A stretch of 64,000 nucleotides of DNA from assembly GCA_000320545.1 (NCBI GenBank), contig ADNK01000513.1, forward strand, positions 26,206-90,205, read 5' to 3'. Source of the DNA: Bigelowiella natans CCMP2755. Its lineage: Eukaryota; Protista; Cercozoa. Shown here piece by piece: positions 52,902 to 64,000 of the stretch (the stretch's first letter is position 1; every line of letters begins with the position of its first letter). Below the pieces are notes generated by a model. That model was not told the origin of the DNA. It saw nothing but the letters and a program-made list of their open reading frames with translations, and made no database searches. The position numbers and the translations under genes are program-made.

Positions 52902-53688
52902 TCATAGCGTACAGCATTGCAATGGCATCGTATGACTGCCCTGCTTATAATATAGCTAGCGGCATAGTCTCATGTGGCAAAAGCTTAATTATGTATGTAG
53001 CGCTTATAATTTTGATGTCATTTAGGGTTACTAAATACTATTACGCCATTACTAGAATAAGTTACTAGCAGGGCCGAAGTGCTAGTCGCACGTTGCTAGG
53101 TTAGCTGTAGCGAGGCCAACTCTAGAACTATAGCTGCTATAGCTAGCTCATAACACATGATGAGCTATAAGCCGCTGTAGCCACTGCTTTCCATGGCTAC
53201 GTTACATATTAGGATGACTGTTGAAAAGATTTGTTAATCACTTCATTGCACCTGTCTCATGAGTCATGAGTCCTTCGCACTAACGTGCACTGATACAAGC
53301 GGCCAATCAGACGCTCGATCGATCGCATCGCAAATAACTGCATGCACACTACTAGCTAGCTAGTAAAGCTCTAGCTACGCTAGGCCTCGCGCTAGCACGG
53401 CCTGCCGTGCTGCACGAGCAGCTATCTGCTAGACCTGCATGCAAGACACGAGGCGCAGCGAGCGCTTATGTGTCTAGTAGTCCGTATCTCGCCTGGCTAG
53501 CTGGAATTTAAGAGCCTGCTTATATACGATGGCATTCGCGAGTATTTCTAAACAATAACTAGCATCCTAACTTGTGCTGCTGCGCAACATTCTAGCATTG
53601 TACGTGGCCATTCCTATGGCAAAATCACGCGCACACAATAGTGTAATAGATTTACGATCTTCTGCAACTTTATAATTATTATCGCGAC
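52502..53688. other. Palindrome-rich convergent 3' spacer (Wee1/SET)
   Basis: CTATAGCTGCTATAG, CTAGCTAGCTAG, CGATCGATCG, GCGCTAGC, plus (GA)n/(CA)n/(TA)n. Confidence 0.7.
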
Positions 53689-54122
53689 TTATGAAGACAA
53701 ATCTGTAGATGAAGGCGCGATTTGGCCTTCCACAACGCTACAGATTGATCGAAGAATATACAATTGGCGACTTTGTTGTTGTTGTTGAGGTTCACAGTTC
53801 TCGATGCTCTGTCTCACAAAGCCCCCTTCCTCCACGAGTGGCGGCATTGTGGGTAGGGGCACTAAACAAACTTCTGGCCCTTCACTTAAAGACGTTGTAA
53901 CATTCAGTAAGTCTACCATGTTCGCGATATTATTGAAATTTCTCCAGCTGCAATACTGCGAATCGAATATATCCGGAGCCGCGTGCAAGAGCGCGGGGAA
54001 CAGGCTTTCGTACATAACCCGGGTCTCAGATTCCGTGTGATTCATCTTTTCATCATCCCTTCCATCCGATTTCGATTTGAAATACTTAGCAAGAGTCATC
54101 CAAAGGCGTAGTTTGGGCAACG

Positions 54123-54159
<37 letters not shown>

Positions 54160-55142
54160 CGAGTTTGTGGACAAGATCGAAAGGATGTAGAGAAGCAAGC
54201 AAGTGTGTGGATCCTCTTCCAGACCACCTATCGACTCTGTGCAAGGCGCAAATCTTTCGTCCTGGAGTACGTCGCTTACGCGTAAGAGTAGCCCCACTGG
54301 AACAGATGCAACTAGTCCTCCCACGGCAATACTCCGAGCATCAACTTTTACTCTATGTATTTCGGAATAGTTACAGTCTACACTTCGCTAAATGGTTTCG
54401 ATAGAACTACTCACAAACAAACCTGTCGCTTCCTTCTACTGGAACGAAGGTGCACACACCGCCGCTACTTGTGAACATCTTCCTCCATTCATCAAGAAGA
54501 CAGGAGGATTTAGAGCTTCCCCCGACACATCCTTTATCATCATTTGATGGTGACGACGCAGAAGCTAGGGTCTTGGCAGCAGCCCTGGACATCAGAGCAG
54601 CGTTCGCCTTCAAGCTCGAGTTCAATATTGCAATCTGAGTAGCAGCCATCTATATCATACAAGACAGGGACGAGGTTGAAGTAGTGCTGCAACGGTTTGC
54701 CAATTACCTGCCCGGTACGGTAGATGAGAGCAGAATGAAACCTACTACTTGCTGTCATTTCTGCCTCCTCCTCCTCCTCCTCCTTGCGAGTCGCTGCTTT
54801 CTTGTTTGCGGTCCAAACTTTTGCTTCGGCAGCTCGAAGTCTGTGCAGGCGACCCTGGATCGACTTTTCAATCGCTACGAGAGCACGAACTCGTCTTCCT
54901 GCAAGGATGACAGCATCATTCGTCCTCTTAACCCTTGCCTTCTCCGCATTTCCACCGCACACCAGCGTTTCTACAGCTTCAATCAAGGAGGACGGGGGCT
55001 CTTTCCCCCCTCCATGTAGGTAGTGCTCACGCTGAACTGTTGGAATAGCATCGCTGCCAGCTCCAAGCTTGACTTTAAACTCATCCTGCAGATTGTTCTC
55101 CACTACGAATCCGTAGCTGCCGGACATATTATCATGTGTATA

Positions 55143-55181
<39 letters not shown>

Positions 55182-56751
55182 TACATATTTATACTCAATA
55201 TTAATCAAGCACGTTACGCAAAGAGGTTCTACGCATTTTTTCAAAATTTGCAATCTAAATGAAGGATGATAAGATTCGGTAGGAGTGAAATTCCCAGAGA
55301 AATAAGAAGACCTCATCAGCAGGGACTCGTTAGACTTTGCACCATAGTTGTTATATATCTCGTGCCCAGCCTCGATGTCGTCACCTGCGAGGAACTTCAC
55401 AAAGCCGCCATCCACTTGCCACGTTATCTTCTGCCCATATCGATGGTTCCCGATGTCCAGAAAGGGAAGCATACATCCGACTCGTTTCTTATTTTGCCTC
55501 TTCTTCGAGATAGTACTGCTCTTGCTCCCTTGCGTTCCTTCTTCGGTATCGTTGCTGCCACCATGAACAGCGTTGTCATCATGGCTTATTCTGCGCTCAA
55601 GGAGAACATGCGGAAAGGCCCGTGATCGGTACGCACAGTATGCCCACCTGTAGGTAGTAGCATTTGTGTGTCATTTATTCATTCAAAGTAGCTTCAAGGA
55701 GGCCTCTGGATTTTTCTAGGAAAGATCGTGCCAAACTTCACCCAAATACCAATGGACCATTTCCATCAATTTCTTGTGCATGCTAGCATCTCTTCAGCTC
55801 TAAGATTTCTCCACGGAAAACTACGATGCTGCTGCCGATAAACTACCTGATGTTCTCGAATGAAAACACATCGTCAGACGCACCAATTTCTGTCCCGTGC
55901 TTCTGTTCAGTAAGTAACAAAAATGAGGCTCGAATCACAGTGAGCAAACTCCCTACCCAAATTATGCGGATGTCAACAAATGAAATTCCAAGCATAGTCA
56001 TTTTCTTCCCACCGTGGTGGAAGTTAATGGGACATGACGTGCGATTGCTTGCTGACCTCGTAGAATCGCTGGAAGATGCCTTCGACATATACCTCTCTGA
56101 GAACCCGTTCCACAATCGGCACTACGTTGCCTAGATTTGTACCGTGTAGTTCTCGTCGTTCATCTGCGTTCCACCAGAGAGGGACTTCGAACGTGTCAGG
56201 AATTAAGTCAATATACGGCCGCCAACTGGAGTGCGGATTGCCTCGCTCGCAGGCAAGAAAGGCGAAGAACCGTGCCTCGCTCGATGTCATGACAGGACTG
56301 CAACCCATCGCTCTGTCTCTATCACCCCAGCTGTTTAATGCCTTGCTAGCCATGATAAATGCTGAGAAGGCTTTGCCGGTCTTCGACTCCAGCACCCTCT
56401 CTTCCGTGATTATGGCCCTCGTAGGAACTAATGTTGTCAATATATAAGCAAACATGCCTCCCCAATGTCCACACCACCACCAAAAACATTTAAAGAAATA
56501 TAGCATGGTTTCTCACTTGCCGCAATTTCCTCTCCCGCCTTGATATTTCGAGTGGCGAAGAGTCCTAGGCCCATGTTCTTCGTCACACGAATCTCGATGT
56601 TCTCTCGTCTGGCACCCTCATGATCTAGCCACTCGTTCATCTTTGAAACACGAGACGAGAGTAGCAGCTGTATCTGCTGCAGCCTGGGCCTCTTAGATCC
56701 CCCATGTGAATTAGACTGGCCACTGGCGTGGGATGGGGTGCGCTTTCGCAT
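53689..56751 (-). CDS. Rubisco-LSMT/SETD3-class SET lysine methyltransferase with a degenerate second SET-like region
   Basis: GLGLFATRNIKAGE, SSWRPYIDLIP, WAYCAYRSRAF, MLPFLDIGNH, EIYNNYGAKSNESLLM|SYGFV. C-terminal GGLVASVPVGLLL...LLLYIL...YESLFPAL...VCLVPLP. N-terminal NLS-like RKR/KRPR. Confidence 0.88.
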
Positions 56752-57354
56752 TTGAGGATGTCTATGTATTCTGCCAGAGGCAACTACAACCTGGGCCAGT
56801 GTTGAGATGTTTTACTTAAATTCTATCCCGGATACATCTATATAAGTAAATCATTTTTTGAAGGATCAGTGTCAAGAATAGTTCACAGATAAGTCTCTTA
56901 TAAGGAATATTATTTGAATATTTCTCGCCTAAAAAAAAACTAGACATATACGAGAGCTTCTGTGTGTTTCGAGCTTGTCGCAAGAATAAGATCTCATCCT
57001 CCTCTCGGGTTTATTTTCCGCAGAGAAGTTGGGTATGTGTGGTTTTCATCCTGAAACTAAAGGGGGATTCCGGAAGGGAAGAGCACAAATAAGCATCTTT
57101 GAAATCTGCGACATGATATTTGTACAGAAAGAGAAAAAATCGTCCATTCCAAATGCATGTAAAAGAAAGGGCATAATCTTAGACAAACCAAGAGAATGGG
57201 TCTCGGCCGGCCCGGAACAACATGTGAACAAACACCTTTGTTCTCGAAGTTCTTTGCATGTTCTTTAGAGACAACAATACGAGGCTGAAAGGACTCCGTG
57301 TTGAATCTGCTTTTGTTTGTACAGAATCACGTTCTAAGCTCGTCGACACGAACC

Positions 57355-59540
<2,186 letters not shown>

Positions 59541-60704
59541 AGAAAACTTCGACAGAAGCCCGTAAGGAAGCAACATGATCCATTTAGACAATCAACAATA
59601 TATGCATGGCGAGAACGATTATTTGTGCTTTAGATCGACTACTATGACGCAACATGTAAATTTTAGATTTGAGATGATCGATCACTGAGGTGCATTGATA
59701 AGGCTGAGCAAGGTGTGCCCGCTATGTACAGCTCTCAAACATGAAGGCCTTGTGTACGTTGGCATGCACAGAATAGCAAATGCACAATTACTGAAGCCAC
59801 GACCCATCATGGAGCCCACATTGCTAGTCATACAACGGCAATGCACGCCTGTACACAGCATTTCTGCCCCTCGGATGAATTGTGGCGTGTGCATACTTAG
59901 CTTTGTGAAGTGTGCATGTGAGGTGGATGTCATGAATTGATCAAATCTTTTCAATGGTCATGCATCCGCTCATGTGGCTGTGCAATGCAGCAGCTGCAGC
60001 GCTTGTGTTGTATCTGTTTGTTGCGACATGTGTTCATGCAAGCACACATCGATAGTCGTCGCGCCGTGAATCATCCATCGTGCGATTAATGATGATTGTG
60101 CACAGCCTCACCGCCGACATGCAGAGGCGATGAGACACACGGTGTGGTCAGTCACAACAAGCTAGCAAGCATGCGCACGTGCATGTCACATGCACAGCAG
60201 GACGATGAGCCACGGCCGCTTTGTTCTTTTGTTTGCCTCGACTAATGCCTGTGAACAATGGTCACTTGCTGCGGAGTTTTGTATGCTGCGTAAAGCTATG
60301 ACAGACTGGGCGATGTGAGCTGCATTCATTTGTGAGGTGTTGTGCCGATATGCTACCCATCCGCAAGCGGGTGTGCATAGTCTGCTGCGATGCTGCATAT
60401 ACACGTGATGCCGCATAATTTTGCATGCACACTTTTATTTGTTCAGACCCACTACTGGTGCATAGATGGGCATATCTAGATGAACCATGAATAATTTGAT
60501 TGAAATGTTGTACGTGCTTCCTCTGTGCTTTAAGGCTTTACAGAATTGCTGACCCTTCTAGTGTGTAACGCAATAATGTGTTTGAAGAAAATGTGTAAAC
60601 ATGAGCCAAACTTTTGCATTAAGCGCTGCGACTACAACTACTGTGTTGGTCTCATCAAATACATTATGGAATGCCTTGTATCTGTCCCAGTTAACCATCA
60701 TCCA
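59541..60704. other. Palindrome-rich convergent 3' spacer (SCS-beta/7TM kinase)
   Basis: TGCAGCAGCTGCAGC, GCATGCGCACGTGCATGTCACATGCAC, ATCTAGAT. Richer in TGCA/CATG than in CTAG. Confidence 0.6.
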
Positions 60705-62675
60705 CTATGTCGCCAAATGGTAATCTTTACGATCAGCTTTCTGATTCCCTTCTGGTTCGAGTGCGGCACTGAGCGAGTTCCCGTTGAGGAGTGATTCATT
60801 TTTCTGTTCCCCTAGCATTTTCCCTTCGGAGGCTTGGTCATTGCTAAATTTGATCCATTCTGACTGGTCCATCTCGAGAAGCTTTGAAAGGGTTTCCACG
60901 ACCTCAATGGACTTAGGCCGGTTCCTCGGATTCTTGTCCCACATCAATTCTATTAAGTTCTTGAGTTCCGTCGGTGTATCCCCTGGCAACACCGGGCGCT
61001 GGCCTTTGAGGACTCTTTCTCGAATCAACTGAGGGTCACGAAACTCGCTCCAGGGTACTACACCCGAACAGATCTCGGAAAATACCATTGAGAGTGCGTA
61101 GATGTCGCCATGTCCCCGATAGGGCTTTCCGATAAGGGACTCAGGCGGCACCCAGTTCAGGCACTCGAGGTGCTGCACGTTCTCAGTCGTTTCAGGGTTG
61201 CCGTTCCAATCGTCGTCGGCCAGATCGAGATCGGTGACGCGCACGGCAAGATCCTTGGTCACGAGGAAGTTCATGCTTTTCAGGTCTCGGTGGCAGATGC
61301 CCTGCCTATGCAGCGTGTGGATGCCTTGTGCTGCTCCCCAGCAAAATTTCACACGCTCCTTCCAGTTCCATTTGCGGCCTCCATCATCTGTGTTCCCTGC
61401 TTGCACCACGTCGTAGAGGGAACCCTTTTCGCACCACTCCAGGACCATGGCAATGCACGGGGGAAGGACTACAACCCCGTGGCATCGCACTACACTTTCA
61501 CAGCCATTGAAGCGGGAGAGGAGCTGCGCCTCTGCAACAACTCGTTGGACGAGGTCTCTCGTGACATCGATGACGAACAGCAGTTTCACCGCAACATCCA
61601 CACCTTTGTATGTCCCCATGTACACCTTGCTCGTGCCGCCGACACCGATCAGCTTTTTCTTGTCGAGCTGAAGATATGCAAAGTTCAGAACGTTCACAGC
61701 TGGGTGGGTCTTCTCACTCGTCCATTTGTTACTACGGTGGTCGTCCAGTACGATTGAGTGCTGCATGGAGTCGATGTTGGCCGCTAGCTGCTGTGCAATG
61801 TCAAGCTTCAGATCGATACCGAGAAGCGGGTCGGTGAGGTTAGTCGACCCACTCTTGTACGCGTTTGCAAACGTGCCTTGCCACCATCGCGAGTCAATAA
61901 GGAGCACGTAGTAAATCACAAAGTTCTTTAGGAGTCCAAAGCCAATCGCCTCGCAGACAAAGTACATGCAGAATCCAAAATCCTCTCCCTCAACTGCAAG
62001 ACCAATACTGATAACACTCATGACCCGGAGAATCGTCCAGAACCGCGCAAGTATAATAGCTGCTGGCCGTCGGAAAAAGAATCGCTCTGGAAGTAGCCAT
62101 ATGAGGCCATAAAATATCGTCCAACTGCTTTCCAGGAAAAGCCAGGAGATTAGATTAACTGGTTCATCGCTTACCAGTGTGATAAAGACGAATGTGGCTG
62201 AATAAGTGCCGGAAATGAACCCCCATAGCAGAGCCCTTCGCTGTCCGATCCTTCCCACCCCTCTTTGGCACAGAAGGACTGCAATACCCTCCAGAACGAA
62301 GTGGTAAAAGAAGACGGCGAGTGGGTAAATGACTATAGCCCCAATCGATGCGCTCCCCGATTTGGAATTAAATATATTACCGATTGGAAGAAACAAATTA
62401 GGAACGCCTGCTGCTAGATTCGCCATCGCTGCCATTTGCAACCACCACACTAGAACCGGAAATATTGTGTTCGAGGCTGCGCTCTCCGCCTCCTGGTCAG
62501 TAACACTAACACTCATCTTTCCCATCATCCTTGCTTTGTCGGCCTGCGATTTGATGAAGTAGAGGATAAGCGGCATGGAAATAATTTGCAATAGCCCGAA
62601 AATATAGCTTGCAGCATCGACTCCATTGGGTGGTACGGGGTAAGATTGTAGGATGTCAGCACAAAAGTGCCCCAT
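60705..62675 (-). CDS. 7-transmembrane receptor fused to a TKL protein kinase (GPCR-TKL/7TM-kinase), intronless
   Basis: About seven hydrophobic helices ending VIYYVLLIDSRWWQG. Kinase motifs IGVGGTSKV, VAVKLL, HRDLKSMNFLV, VTDLDLA, WVPPE, DIYALSM, RPVLP...WDKNPRNRP. Confidence 0.9.
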   Translation of the reverse strand: MGHFCADILQSYPVPPNGVDAASYIFGLLQIISMPLILYFIKSQADKARMMGKMSVSVTDQEAESAASNTIFPVLVWWLQMAAMANLAAGVPNLFLPIGNIFNSKSGSASIGAIVIYPLAVFFYHFVLEGIAVLLCQRGVGRIGQRRALLWGFISGTYSATFVFITLVSDEPVNLISWLFLESSWTIFYGLIWLLPERFFFRRPAAIILARFWTILRVMSVISIGLAVEGEDFGFCMYFVCEAIGFGLLKNFVIYYVLLIDSRWWQGTFANAYKSGSTNLTDPLLGIDLKLDIAQQLAANIDSMQHSIVLDDHRSNKWTSEKTHPAVNVLNFAYLQLDKKKLIGVGGTSKVYMGTYKGVDVAVKLLFVIDVTRDLVQRVVAEAQLLSRFNGCESVVRCHGVVVLPPCIAMVLEWCEKGSLYDVVQAGNTDDGGRKWNWKERVKFCWGAAQGIHTLHRQGICHRDLKSMNFLVTKDLAVRVTDLDLADDDWNGNPETTENVQHLECLNWVPPESLIGKPYRGHGDIYALSMVFSEICSGVVPWSEFRDPQLIRERVLKGQRPVLPGDTPTELKNLIELMWDKNPRNRPKSIEVVETLSKLLEMDQSEWIKFSNDQASEGKMLGEQKNESLLNGNSLSAALEPEGNQKADRKDYHLAT

Positions 62676-63143
62676 CTAGTAATTCAGCAAGGCCGGCGTA
62701 CGCCCCCACCTGACACTTGACCTGACTCTGTTCCTCCTCCAAGCTCTCCACACGAATTAGTGGACACTCTACAGGAAGTGCTGTCTTCCCTTCCTTAGTT
62801 CTATATGCTCAAAGGCGCGCGAGCGGGGTGTCGGGGAGGAGTAGAAAGATGTAACTGCTCTCTGGAGATAGATGGTGTCGTCAATGTGGGTCAAACCCTA
62901 GCGCATACACATCCAATTTGCATCATGCGACAACCACTCCAAGGTAATTTTATACACTGCGACATCGAATATACCGTGCTGCGACAACCTCCATGTGGCC
63001 GTATTGCATGCTGCGACAAGGAATCTGTTCTACCTCCGGCAGGAACGAAATGTAAATATCGGAACGAGGGGGGAACGAACGTACGAACGAACGAACCAAC
63101 CAACGAGGTGTGCAACCAGAAGAGGACCGGAGCGAGAAGCTGA

Positions 63144-63777
63144 ATGCGATCTGGCGAAGACGAGGGGGGGAGAAGAAGACGGGGAGAACCCTTTCAAGAA
63201 GACGACGACGGCAAGATTGTCACATGGAGACTTAGTAATGAGTCTAGACCGGCACGGATACCAGTATTTGTACACAATGATGCCACTAGGACCAACAAGG
63301 AGAAGTGGTGGCTCTCGCCGCCCCCTGATATCTCTCCTCCGAAGTTAAATCTTCTCTCCAAGCTCAGTGCCCAGTCTCAAAGCAAAGTCATCAGCTTCTT
63401 GCGGTAGTACCTCTTGTTATTTTGCTGTGTTGTTGCACATTTGAAGAAGTGGTTCTCTTGTTATGTTGCTGTGTTGTTGCACATTTGAAGAAGTGGCTCT
63501 CTTGTTATGTTGCTGTGTTGTTGCACATTTGAAGAAGTGGCTCTCTTGTTATGTTGCTGTGTTGTTGCACATTTGAAGAAGTGGCTCTCATTTCCATTTT
63601 ACATCGCCCTGATTGATGTATTTATCGTTGCTGCAGTAATTCAATGATTTTTCTCGTGATAATACCGTGTAGGATTCGTGAAGTGCTCCAGCTGAAGAGG
63701 GTATCAAAGCGATGGTTCCGAGAGGTCGCTTCATGGATACGATATCGACCGTATCCCTTCATCTTAGCTGGGTTCAG
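63144..63777 (+). CDS. F-box protein, partial (start uncertain, 3' part beyond resolvable exons or the window end)
   Basis: LNLLSKLSAQSQSKVISFLR|IREVLQLKRVSKRWFREV across a phase-2 GT-AG intron (about 63404-63673) gives an F-box motif, followed by YPFILAG. Confidence 0.6.
63411..63589. repeat. 44-bp intronic minisatellite x4
   Basis: Unit CTCTTGTTATGTTGCTGTGTTGTTGCACATTTGAAGAAGTGGCT starting at 63411, 63455, 63499 and 63543. The first copy has two substitutions. Confidence 0.95.
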
Positions 63778-63903
63778 AACCAACAGCATTCCCATACCAT
63801 CAATACATTTTATCTGTACCATCTTATCCTTACCCTCCTCCCCCCGCTCCCTGATTCCTAGACGTGACAATACGAGTTCATCATCAGTGGATGTTATTCA
63901 ACA

Positions 63904-63955
<52 letters not shown>

Positions 63956-63967
63956 TCTCTCTCTCGT

Positions 63968-64000
<33 letters not shown>

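Noticed and set aside
63141-63146. In-frame TGA-ATG as stop readthrough or selenocysteine
   Set aside because: The upstream frame is not recognisably coding, the exon structure is unresolved and no SECIS was identified.
63411-63589. 44-bp (and 39-bp at 50992) direct repeats as a CRISPR array
   Set aside because: Head-to-tail copies with no unique spacers, no cas genes, and a eukaryotic intron or exon context.

Overview
Gene-dense, intron-rich eukaryotic nuclear DNA with GT-AG introns, many filled with microsatellites. A bipartite signal+transit peptide on the first gene suggests a protist with a secondary plastid (chlorarachniophyte-like; inferred). Splicing exons by hand gives 19 protein genes: DUF2358-family (-), MOSC/mARC (+), TMX-like thioredoxin (-), coronin (-), RA-PH-RGS protein (+), MMTAG2 (-), UBZ-PBZ-UBZ-WWE protein (+), N-acylated hypothetical (-), F-box-Yae1 fusion (+), mitochondrial S19 (-), large acidic RCC1-repeat protein (+), type I L-asparaginase (-), Fuzzy (+), hypothetical (-), Wee1/Myt1 kinase (+), SET methyltransferase (-), succinyl-CoA ligase beta (+), 7TM-TKL kinase (-) and a partial F-box gene (+). 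The strongest signal is architectural. 17 of 18 neighbouring gene pairs alternate strand, and several head-to-head start codons lie almost exactly 600 bp apart. Every tail-to-tail spacer is filled with non-coding DNA rich in short palindromes (CTAG, GCTAGC, TCTAGA, TGCA, CATG). Unusual protein architectures include a circularly permuted WWE domain with PAR/ubiquitin zinc fingers, F-box-Yae1, RA-PH-split-RGS and 7TM-kinase. Exon boundaries and domain calls come from manual reading and remembered family motifs, not database searches.
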